The translations under genes were made by a program, and so were the position numbers. Positions 21,454 to 28,975 of a stretch of DNA of 64,000 nt are shown in pieces. Each line of letters begins with the position of its first letter. Positions within the stretch are counted from its first letter, which is position 1. The notes under the pieces are model-generated. The model saw only the letters and a list, made by a program, of their open reading frames with translations, had not been told where the DNA came from and did not search any database. The stretch is taken from positions 13,224 through 77,223 of IMG/VR virus record IMGVR_UViG_3300006226_000018, one strand, 5' to 3'. The DNA comes from a virus (lineage: Duplodnaviria; Caudoviricetes).

Positions 21454-21929
21454 ACCCCAATCTTCTCTTTCAATTCAGGCATATCGAACAAATTACCCAC
21501 AACCTCCAATTGCTTATGTATCGTCAATGATAACACATTCCTAATCGACGGCACATCAACGGCAAACCGCGCCTCCATCTCATCCCAAACTATCTTCCCA
21601 TACCAATCACCATGCCACAGCGACTTAACAACATCCCCCTCAAATATCGCCACCCCATCATTATCATCCACTCCCGAACACATTCCCAGCGACTCCGGCA
21701 CAATCTCATATATCCCATCACGACATACCATATGCACCCCATCACCCTTCAACAACTCAGGAGCCACCCTCCCCACCAGCCATATACCCTTCTTCGCCGT
21801 CCAACGCCCCCTGCTCAAATACCGCGCCGCCACATCCCCACAATCAATCTTACTCAGCAACAACTTCGGTATCCCCGCCACCTTAGTTATTTTTTTCTCC
21901 GTCCACACCGGCTGCTCTCCCTGTTCCAT
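21441..21929 (-). CDS. YopX family protein
   Basis: GMCSGVDDNDGVAIFEGDVV...LEVVGNLFDMPEL motif. Confidence 0.8.
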   Translation of the reverse strand: MEQGEQPVWTEKKITKVAGIPKLLLSKIDCGDVAARYLSRGRWTAKKGIWLVGRVAPELLKGDGVHMVCRDGIYEIVPESLGMCSGVDDNDGVAIFEGDVVKSLWHGDWYGKIVWDEMEARFAVDVPSIRNVLSLTIHKQLEVVGNLFDMPELKEKIGVWQG

Positions 21930-22117
21930 TACTTAATCTCCCTCTCTCTCGTCCCCCAAAACGCAAACACAATCGAACCCACCAACGCCACACCCAGCAC
22001 AATCAATACAACCAACGTCCACATATCATTCAGTCCCTCCATACACTCCACATACCAAGGCCCGTACCCACCGCAATCAGCACCACCGATATTATCGTCA
22101 TCCACCCATTCATTCAT
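21929..22117 (-). CDS. Small single-pass membrane protein (62 aa)
   Basis: LVVLIVLGVALVGSIVFAFW TM segment; coupled to YopX. Confidence 0.55.
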   Translation of the reverse strand: MNEWVDDDNIGGADCGGYGPWYVECMEGLNDMWTLVVLIVLGVALVGSIVFAFWGTREREIK

Positions 22118-22175
22118 ACCACTCCCACAAATACCACAATATCAACAACCAAATTACCACCCACGGCATAACCAT
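22110..22175 (-). CDS. Micro-ORF, 21 aa hydrophobic peptide MVMPWVVIWLLILWYLWEWYE
   Basis: Hand translation; overlaps both neighbours. Confidence 0.35.
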   Translation of the reverse strand: MVMPWVVIWLLILWYLWEWYE

Positions 22176-22297
22176 CTACCCACCCTACTCACCAACACCA
22201 TCGCCTCTATCCCCAACCCCACCAACAAACACAGCATCCCCGCCCCAATTATCAAACGAATCACCACATCCACAACATAACCCAGCACAACCATCAT
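22154..22297 (-). CDS. Micro-ORF, 47 aa membrane peptide
   Basis: MMVVLGYVVDVVIRLIIGAGMLCLLVGLG...; ATGA overlap with the upstream ORF. Confidence 0.45.
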   Translation of the reverse strand: MMVVLGYVVDVVIRLIIGAGMLCLLVGLGIEAMVLVSRVGRWLCRGW

Positions 22298-22398
22298 TCC
22301 TCATCATCCCCCCATATCACCCACATGCAATAAGCCACCATCATAATCACTCCCCACGCCACCAACCCAACCCCAATCATCCCCCAATTCATACTCAT
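22294..22398 (-). CDS. Micro-ORF, 34 aa membrane peptide
   Basis: MSMNWGMIGVGLVAWGVIMMVAYCMWVIWGDDEE; G-rich SD. Confidence 0.45.
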   Translation of the reverse strand: MSMNWGMIGVGLVAWGVIMMVAYCMWVIWGDDEE

Positions 22399-22402
22399 CG
22401 CA

Positions 22403-22483
22403 TCAATCCCCCGTCAATAACATAACAATCCCAATAACTATCAGCACCAGCAACGCCATTATCTCCAAATTCATTGTACACAT
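22403..22483 (-). CDS. Micro-ORF, 23-26 aa membrane peptide
   Basis: (MCT)MNLEIMALLVLIVIGIVMLLTGD; G6 SD-like run upstream. Confidence 0.4.
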   Translation of the reverse strand: MCTMNLEIMALLVLIVIGIVMLLTGD

Positions 22484-22836
22484 TCCCCCCAAATACCAAC
22501 AGCAAGCCACCACCTCTCAACAGCTTGCTTCCTTTTTCATTCTTCAAACTTTTTGAACTTCGTCCAAAGTATAAGCTCGACCACTTTCTACTTCAAACAT
22601 AAGAGACTCATCCCATCTCTCCCAAACACAGTCCCAGCCAATCAAACCAGCATTTCTCACACAGATTCATCTTCTAATACAGCGGATTACTCCACAGCTT
22701 TCAATCAACGTCAGCTTCGATTCACACGCACATCACTTCCGCTCGATGCCGCATTGCACTTTCGCCCGACTCTCTACTCACAGGAGGAAAGAAGAATCAT
22801 AAAGAATACGCTGTCAAGATGCCCGAAACCAGATAA

Positions 22837-22865
22837 AGTATATCATCTAATTCCATGCTTGACAA
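22837..22865 (-). promoter_or_regulatory. Leftward sigma70-type promoter
   Basis: TTGTCA-17 nt-TATACT with extended -10 TG; points into the structural operon. Confidence 0.75.
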
Positions 22866-22887
22866 GTCCATAACAATCCATTAAGAT
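22859..22887 (+). promoter_or_regulatory. Rightward sigma70-type promoter
   Basis: TTGACA-17 nt-TAAGAT; its -35 overlaps the leftward -35. Confidence 0.75.
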
Positions 22888-22893
22888 ACGTCC

Positions 22894-23067
22894 CAGCTAG
22901 ACCGAACGTTATCGCTTTCTTCGGCGTATTCTTCTTTTCACGTCAATCGGTACGCGCACCGGTGGCATGAAGCGCGAGGATTAAAGATACGACCGTATAG
23001 AAACTAGAGCTAGTAGGCCAAGCAGGGGGAATTGTATCAATCTAATTGTGTACGATTCCCCTGTTTT
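22894..23067 (+). ncRNA. Candidate ~170-nt small RNA
   Basis: Between the rightward promoter and a ~12-bp stem (23023-23063) followed by TTTT; only a 5-codon ATG ORF; internal hairpins. Confidence 0.45.
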
Positions 23068-23075
23068 AACTCAGT

Positions 23076-23117
23076 TTAGTGTCACGCTGTTCCACAGTTA
23101 GTGTCACGCTGTTCCAC
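23076..23117 (+). repeat. Two perfect 20-bp direct repeats at a 22-bp period
   Basis: TTAGTGTCACGCTGTTCCAC at 23076 and 23098. Confidence 0.9.
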
Positions 23118-23816
23118 GCTCCTTTCTATCGCTGCCATGTTTGGTTTCCGCATGGTACGGTGGTTTTTACTACAAGTTACACCCTGCTACACTGGTTCCA
23201 CAGGTAACGTTTCAATCCACGATAAGCTCCCTTGTACACGAATACAGGGGAGTTTATTTTATGTGTGCATACAGGACTGTTAGAACATAAAGAGTAAAAA
23301 AAATTTTTGAAAAATTTTTAGATGAACAATAACGGTTATTCTTTTGAAAAGGTATAGCTAGTACCCCTCTATAGCTGGATTTACTATCTCTCGTTTTGAA
23401 CGCTGCGATGAAAGAGAATCACTCACGCTCCGGTCTGCGCTCTCTGACGGAACACATGGGTACACTTTGTTGACACTCTGTACACACATTGAATGGAATA
23501 GCTATTTTGTTGAATGAAATAGCTTTAATAGCTATGCAATTTCAAATGGTTACTTTAAATTATATTGTTCCGGGTAACTCTTAACTTTAAATTTTAAATC
23601 GGTAAACGGTAAACTACTTTATATTATAAGATAAATGCTCTGAATAGGCTTCATATAAGCAATTGTTTAATAAATACTAATATCATTTGAATGATAATTG
23701 AGTAAACGATAATCTTATTGAATGAGTATCAAATATCATTAAATGCTTGTATTTTGTGTGATTAGGATTATACTACTAATTAGATACACAATACTAATAT
23801 AAAGGAAGTGTTAAAA

Positions 23817-25028
23817 ATGAGTAGTAACAACCTGTACAAACAAGCAATAGCGCAAATAATGTCAACGTTTAACGTATCGCGAGTAACTAACGACGTAACA
23901 AGCGAAACAATAGTTACAAGCGATACAGAACATCAAAAAATCGTATGTTCAATAACTAAAGGATTGATAAAGAGTAAACGATTTAATGACATTGCAGTAT
24001 ATGACTATATTTTTAATTGCAATGTCATAACAGATAATGCAAGTAATTTCAATTGTGAGGATTATATCAATCAAGCACTCTTGCATTATTACGACGCGAT
24101 ACGCATAAACAATAGCGAGTATACCGCATTTACAACGGTAAACTACGATAATAAACGTAAAGGCTATAACAAGCCGTATACCGTAAGCTATGCAAGCCGT
24201 AAGCATGATATAACATTTCACGCGATAGAATCGCTCAATCCGATTCTTTACGCTATAGATATGTTATGGTCAGAAATTGACATAAGGAACAAACAAGCCG
24301 ATAAACAAGCGTATCTTGACGATTTACACGTAACAAGCGAGTATCAAGCCGATATAAACAGTGACGATAAACTCGCTCAAAGAATAGCCATACTCAATAA
24401 TGCGATACTCAATCCGATTGAGCATGTAGAAAATAACGACGATTTAAAACGGCAAAAATTAGCATTATCCATTTATGCTAATTCTAAAGGCATTAACATT
24501 TTATCTACTGCTATTAAAGATAAAGAGGATAAAATGTTTGATAGTTTAACTCTCAATCGTGTTTTTGTTGAAATAGTAAAGGATAGAAATGATTTTTTAA
24601 AGCATATTAAACTATGGAAAACAAGACACGACGAAACAAGCGCAACGGCAACGGTAAACGATAAGAAATATATCGTTAAACAGTTAAAAACGTTGAAAAG
24701 TATCGCAACGGCTTATAAACCTCTTTGGGATATATACCGTAAAGATACAGTTTTAACGGCAAAACAGTATATACTCGATAAAATCGAAAGTTTATCGCGT
24801 ATAAACGACGACGACGACACAACGACGACGACGGCAACGACGACAAACGCAATGATACGTACAACGGCAACGGCAACGGCAACGGTAAACGGCAACGGTA
24901 AAACATTACTTGCAAGCGTTGACATTATCGAAACATGTCGTAAACGTAGTTATACCGCATGGTTATTAGGCAACGATAAAATCAAGTATCAAAACAAGCC
25001 GATTTTAGAATTGCCCAAAGTAGTATAA
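23817..25028 (+). CDS. Orphan ~403 aa protein, AT-rich, in its own transcription unit
   Basis: ORF track 23808-25028; AAGGAAG SD favours ATG 23817; Thr/Ala low-complexity near the C-terminus; followed by a terminator. Confidence 0.75.
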   Translation: MSSNNLYKQAIAQIMSTFNVSRVTNDVTSETIVTSDTEHQKIVCSITKGLIKSKRFNDIAVYDYIFNCNVITDNASNFNCEDYINQALLHYYDAIRINNSEYTAFTTVNYDNKRKGYNKPYTVSYASRKHDITFHAIESLNPILYAIDMLWSEIDIRNKQADKQAYLDDLHVTSEYQADINSDDKLAQRIAILNNAILNPIEHVENNDDLKRQKLALSIYANSKGINILSTAIKDKEDKMFDSLTLNRVFVEIVKDRNDFLKHIKLWKTRHDETSATATVNDKKYIVKQLKTLKSIATAYKPLWDIYRKDTVLTAKQYILDKIESLSRINDDDDTTTTTATTTNAMIRTTATATATVNGNGKTLLASVDIIETCRKRSYTAWLLGNDKIKYQNKPILELPKVV

Positions 25029-25045
25029 ACGCAGTAATAGCAACG

Positions 25046-25080
25046 ATTGAGCGAGTTTTTATAACTCGCTCAATTTTTTT
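25046..25080 (+). terminator. Intrinsic terminator
   Basis: ATTGAGCGAGTT / AACTCGCTCAAT 12-bp stem plus T-run. Confidence 0.88.
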
Positions 25081-25082
25081 TG

Positions 25083-25262
25083 TGTTTTGTGTGATTTTTT
25101 GTCATTCCTATTCTGTATATATAGTGACAAGCGCAACGACGACGGCAACGACGACGGCAACGACGACGGCAACGACGACGGCAAAACAAGCCGATACGAA
25201 TTTTTTAAATTCGTACATGTTTTGTGTGATTTTTTGTCGTTCCTATTCTGTATATATAGTGA
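25083..25262 (+). repeat. 45-bp direct repeat pair (1 mismatch)
   Basis: TGTTTTGTGTGATTTTTTGTC(A/G)TTCCTATTCTGTATATATAGTGA at 25083-25127 and 25218-25262. Confidence 0.92.
25133..25184 (+). repeat. 12-bp tandem repeat x4.3
   Basis: GCAACGACGACG units at 25133, 25145, 25157, 25169. Confidence 0.92.
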
Positions 25263-25334
25263 GTAGTCAATCTGATACGCTTGACTATAGGTTACTACTT
25301 ACTATGTAACATGCGTGAAAGTGAGGGATTGAAC

Positions 25335-25532
25335 ATGGCACGACGTAACAAGCATCAAGCTATTCAATCCCAACTGTACCTTGAAGCAGTTACGCAGAAT
25401 GAGCAGTTACAAGCTGGCTCAAGCAAGCGTAGCAAGCCCGCGAGATTGCAGGCTGATTCAAAGGTCCAGTGGGATAGTAGCTGGCAGCAGTTATTGGACT
25501 TCGCGATTGCAGGCTACGAGAAGCTGACGTAG
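25335..25532 (+). CDS. Hypothetical protein (65 aa)
   Basis: GAGGGA SD before ATG 25335. Confidence 0.5.
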   Translation: MARRNKHQAIQSQLYLEAVTQNEQLQAGSSKRSKPARLQADSKVQWDSSWQQLLDFAIAGYEKLT

Positions 25533-25623
25533 CTGATTGCAGGCTAAAGTAATTGCCTGCTAACAAGCAATAGTTGATTGCAGGCTATTGTTTGTGAGCA
25601 GTTAATCACTTGGAGGTGAAAAC

Positions 25624-25794
25624 ATGTCAACGCACGAGGAATTATTGCAGGCGATAGCTCGCAAACGCGAGCGTCAGGAGCTGCAAGTGTTGCAGGCGCG
25701 GCGTAATGCCGACACGCCGGATTGGGCGAACGATGAGTTCGCCCTGTGGCTGGCGCAGGGTAGCTTCTCCATTGGCGCAACACGGATAGCATAG
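25624..25794 (+). CDS. Hypothetical protein (56 aa) MSTHEELLQAIARKR...
   Basis: GGAGGTG SD; below the ORF-track cutoff. Confidence 0.6.
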   Translation: MSTHEELLQAIARKRERQELQVLQARRNADTPDWANDEFALWLAQGSFSIGATRIA

Positions 25795-25809
25795 CAGGGA
25801 GGGATAGCA

Positions 25810-25989
25810 ATGTTGCAGGCGCAGGTAATACAAGCCACGTCCGACGACGGCGCAGGAATGAGCGAGGCCGAATACAGGCAGTGGCGTATCAAAACACGGC
25901 AAGCAAGCAAATTGCTGGACGAGCTTGACAGCATCGTTCGGCAGCTCACACGGCGCGAGCCATTGCAGCAGGTCATCGGCAAACGGTAG
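25810..25989 (+). CDS. Hypothetical protein (59 aa)
   Basis: GGAGGG SD; below the cutoff. Confidence 0.5.
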   Translation: MLQAQVIQATSDDGAGMSEAEYRQWRIKTRQASKLLDELDSIVRQLTRREPLQQVIGKR

Positions 25990-25995
25990 CAGGCC

Positions 25996-26583
25996 ATGAT
26001 AGCTACCGTGCAGGCCGAGGGATTGCTGGTCACTACCGGCTATACGCCGATTGCAGGCCAGTACGAAGAATATGTTGACGAGCGCGGACATACTCGTCGG
26101 CGTAAAACAGACGCGAGTGACGCGCAGAGAGGGGATAGCAAAATGACAGCAACGCAGGCAATGTTGGAGGGTAACAACGTCGTAGCAGTACAGAGCCACT
26201 ATCGCAGGAAGAAAGGCTCGAAAGCGGATGCGAGCGCGGCGTTGCAGGCCGTCACGCCGAACGTGGGCACGATTGCCGACTTGGAGAGGCAGCTCGCGGC
26301 GTTGCAGGCGCAATATGCCGTAGCCAAGCAGCAGGAAGCGGACAGCGCAAAAGCGGCAGCGGCGGCGAAAGCGGCAGAGCGCGAACGCGCTGAAAAGGAG
26401 CGCGAATATTGGAAATATTTCGCCTTCACCGAGATAGCAGGTGAGGCGCAGACGTTGCGGGTCTACGACCTCGGACACAAGAAGGTCGTGCAGGGCTTGA
26501 AGAATGGCAAGGTCCTGTGGGCGTTGCACAGCGACCGCTTGAATGACGCGCAGAAAAGCGCGTTGCTGGACGCAATAGCGTAA
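25996..26583 (+). CDS. Hypothetical Ala-rich coiled-coil protein
   Basis: ORF track; true start may be the later MTATQ with GAGGGG SD. Confidence 0.55.
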   Translation: MIATVQAEGLLVTTGYTPIAGQYEEYVDERGHTRRRKTDASDAQRGDSKMTATQAMLEGNNVVAVQSHYRRKKGSKADASAALQAVTPNVGTIADLERQLAALQAQYAVAKQQEADSAKAAAAAKAAERERAEKEREYWKYFAFTEIAGEAQTLRVYDLGHKKVVQGLKNGKVLWALHSDRLNDAQKSALLDAIA

Positions 26584-26953
26584 CGCGAACACGCACATTG
26601 CAGGGCATACAGCATCTGGACGCTGGCGGCATTGCCGCGAAACCAGTAATTGCCCGATGAGTAAACTTGCAACGAGCAGGCTCAATCAAGCAACACACAA
26701 AGCGATTGGGCTTGCTAATGCAGGCTTACGCGATTGCTTGCAAATAACTTGGTGAAACGAGGTGAAAGCAATGCCCGATTGCAGGTATTGCAGGGAAAAC
26801 CAGAGCAAAAGCTGGTGCTGCGAGTTGCCGTGCGGCTACAGCGAGTGTTCGTTGGCCGCACACTTGCGGCACGGGTTCACAGAATCCGAGTGGCGGCAGA
26901 TATTCATGCTGCCAGAGCAGGCGGAGCAGGCGTAGCTGATTGTTGGTTGGATT

Positions 26954-27398
26954 TTTCAAACTTGGGATTGCAGACGGGGACGGGAGCTACCCGTACCCCT
27001 AAATACTACTGGAGGTGTTGTAGATGATTCAGAACAAGGTGTTGCCCATGCAGTGCAGGATGACGGAGAGCGTCGTAAGCTGCGACAAATGCGCGATCAA
27101 GATGTGGCTGACGGCGGCGTTGGGCGCAGAGCCCGAAAGCTGGACCCCGGAAGCCATTGCCATGCTGCCGTCGCGCCGGGACAGGCACAGGGCTCGGAAA
27201 TATATCAACAATTGCGGGGAGCAGCGGGTGTATAACTCCGAATTGCACAGGAAGCACGTAGCGGCGCAGGCGGCGCGGCGGGCGGCGTAATAGGAATTTT
27301 CAAACTTGGGTGCGGGTGCTGAAATGGGAGCTACCCGTACCCTTGATTGGAAATTTCAAACTTCCAGTAACAGGCGCAAATGGGAGCTACCCGTACCC
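26954..27398 (+). repeat. Bipartite element TTTCAAACTT-N18-GGGAGCTACCCGTACCC x3
   Basis: Units at 26954-26998, 27298-27342, 27354-27398; identical arms, variable 18-nt spacer. Confidence 0.9.
27024..27290 (+). CDS. Hypothetical Cys-containing protein
   Basis: GGAGGTG SD, 88 aa. Confidence 0.6.
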   Translation: MIQNKVLPMQCRMTESVVSCDKCAIKMWLTAALGAEPESWTPEAIAMLPSRRDRHRARKYINNCGEQRVYNSELHRKHVAAQAARRAA

Positions 27399-27462
27399 TT
27401 GTTTGCGCTTGTTATTGCAGGTTTGATTAGCGACCTGACACCAATACTTGGAGGTTACTGAA

Positions 27463-28032
27463 ATGACTGTCAGCAAATTTGAAATGTTACGAGTACACCG
27501 AGTACCATTTCGGGTAGTGTGTAACATCTTGAACCAGTTTACCAATGTGGACGAACGCTACTCGCCAGAAGCAATGGTGGCGTTGGAGAACAACCCGGAG
27601 CAGGTGGCCATAGCCTTGTCCCATTCGTGGGGCGGCAGGCGAATGGTAAACCCCTGCACCGGGTGTAAAGGCACGGAGTACGTGGACGGCTTCGATGGGA
27701 GCGACAACAATACGTTCACATTGTTTGGCCCGGACGAAATCAACGAAGTCTGCTTCGAGAGCGGAAGCAGTGGAACATTTATACGCGCATGGTATCGGGG
27801 AGGACAGCGGGAATTTAATTGGAGCATTGAAATAGGCTGTCCCGTCATGCAAGATGGAAGCCTGTATCGCCGTCACTACTGGCAAGTGTTCGCATCGCAA
27901 GTGGTAGCATTTTGCGATGCGGAAATCGCGCAGATGAAATATGAACAGCGCGAGCCGCTTACCGATGAACGCATTGCAGACCTGCAAGAAACGAAACGGG
28001 TAATCGAGCGACAGGCGCAGTACAGCCTGTGA
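27463..28032 (+). CDS. Hypothetical protein
   Basis: GGAGG SD favours ATG 27463. Confidence 0.65.
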   Translation: MTVSKFEMLRVHRVPFRVVCNILNQFTNVDERYSPEAMVALENNPEQVAIALSHSWGGRRMVNPCTGCKGTEYVDGFDGSDNNTFTLFGPDEINEVCFESGSSGTFIRAWYRGGQREFNWSIEIGCPVMQDGSLYRRHYWQVFASQVVAFCDAEIAQMKYEQREPLTDERIADLQETKRVIERQAQYSL

Positions 28033-28050
28033 AAGGAGTGATACCATGCG

Positions 28051-28350
28051 ATGGTAAAGCTGTCAACAGCGAAGCAACGCATCGAGTTTGGGCGGGAGCT
28101 GATGAAAACAGGGCTAAATCAGTTCCCGCCCCGACATTGTGGGGGGAAGCTACACCCACATCACTGTCACGGTTACGCCGATGAAACACCGGCGTATGAC
28201 GAGTGGCGTTGCCTGCTGGAATTGCATGAAGAACAACCGCATCGTTTTGAGCTGGCATGGCGGTCGATGGACGCATTGAAACAGGCCGACCAACGGTATC
28301 TATCGCGCTGCGAGCGCAAATATAGCTATGCGGAAGGAGGGAAGAAGTAA
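28051..28350 (+). CDS. Hypothetical protein
   Basis: AAGGAG SD; early gene train. Confidence 0.6.
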   Translation: MVKLSTAKQRIEFGRELMKTGLNQFPPRHCGGKLHPHHCHGYADETPAYDEWRCLLELHEEQPHRFELAWRSMDALKQADQRYLSRCERKYSYAEGGKK

Positions 28351-28592
28351 TGCGATGTAGGGATATTTCAAACGGGGAGTGCCGGGTGTTCCCGGAAACA
28401 ACCCGTGGGATTGCATGGGCGAAGCAAGAGGCTGACCGGTTGCGGCAACTGGCGGCCAACACTGACGTACCACAGGAACGGGGGGTACTGTTAGTTAAAG
28501 CTGCGGATGAGCTTGAGGACGTGAGCGTCAACATGGCCTCAAGGCTTATTAACAGGGATTGCGCCCATTGCCCACGCAATCCCGAACGATGA
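28350..28592 (+). CDS. Hypothetical protein
   Basis: Stop/start overlap, GGAGG SD. Confidence 0.6.
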   Translation: MRCRDISNGECRVFPETTRGIAWAKQEADRLRQLAANTDVPQERGVLLVKAADELEDVSVNMASRLINRDCAHCPRNPER

Positions 28593-28975
28593 TGAAAGCT
28601 CTGCACGGCTGGCCCTCGGACTGGACCAGCGAAGTAGAGCAAATGTGTGAGGCAATCGTGCTGATTGCCAAGCACGAGGACGTGAAGGTGAATTGGAAGG
28701 ACGACAACGCCTATATAGCGTTCGTACCTTCCCGCAATCGAATCGAAATCAGCCGTGGTGGGGTAATAGACACCTACCATACGGTTGGTGGCCGGTACGT
28801 CCAGTTGAACAACGCGACGGGCAAATATGAAGTAATAGCCCGTCGCATGTATTCAACAGCAATTCAGCTCGGAGTGGTAATGGCAAATATGCCGCCCGAC
28901 AGGATTGAACACTATGGGGGATTGGAGGACATTGCCTATGTGCTATACATGGCAATGGAAATACGGGCATGTTGA
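28559..28975 (+). CDS. Hypothetical protein
   Basis: ORF track; real start probably MMKALH. Confidence 0.55.
   Translation: MRPLPTQSRTMMKALHGWPSDWTSEVEQMCEAIVLIAKHEDVKVNWKDDNAYIAFVPSRNRIEISRGGVIDTYHTVGGRYVQLNNATGKYEVIARRMYSTAIQLGVVMANMPPDRIEHYGGLEDIAYVLYMAMEIRAC

Noticed and set aside
25089-25106. CRP-like TGTGA site in the 45-bp repeat
   Set aside because: Second half-site TCACA absent at N6 spacing
25133-25184. Tandem repeat as a CRISPR array
   Set aside because: No spacers; simple 12-bp tandem repeat
25642-26685. 347-aa minus-strand ORF, and similar long antisense ORFs (9834-10649, 27959-28780, 58013-58888, 21612-22280)
   Set aside because: Shadow frames opposite SD-supported genes; no SD or domain motifs
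27322-27401. CRISPR-like geometry (24-bp repeat, 32-bp spacer, repeat)
   Set aside because: Only two copies; the 'spacer' itself contains the conserved TTTCAAACTT arm; no cas genes recognised. Better explained as the bipartite element
25446-27421. TTGCA copies as sigma54 -12 elements
   Set aside because: No matching GG at -24 in the copy checked, and the density is implausible for promoters
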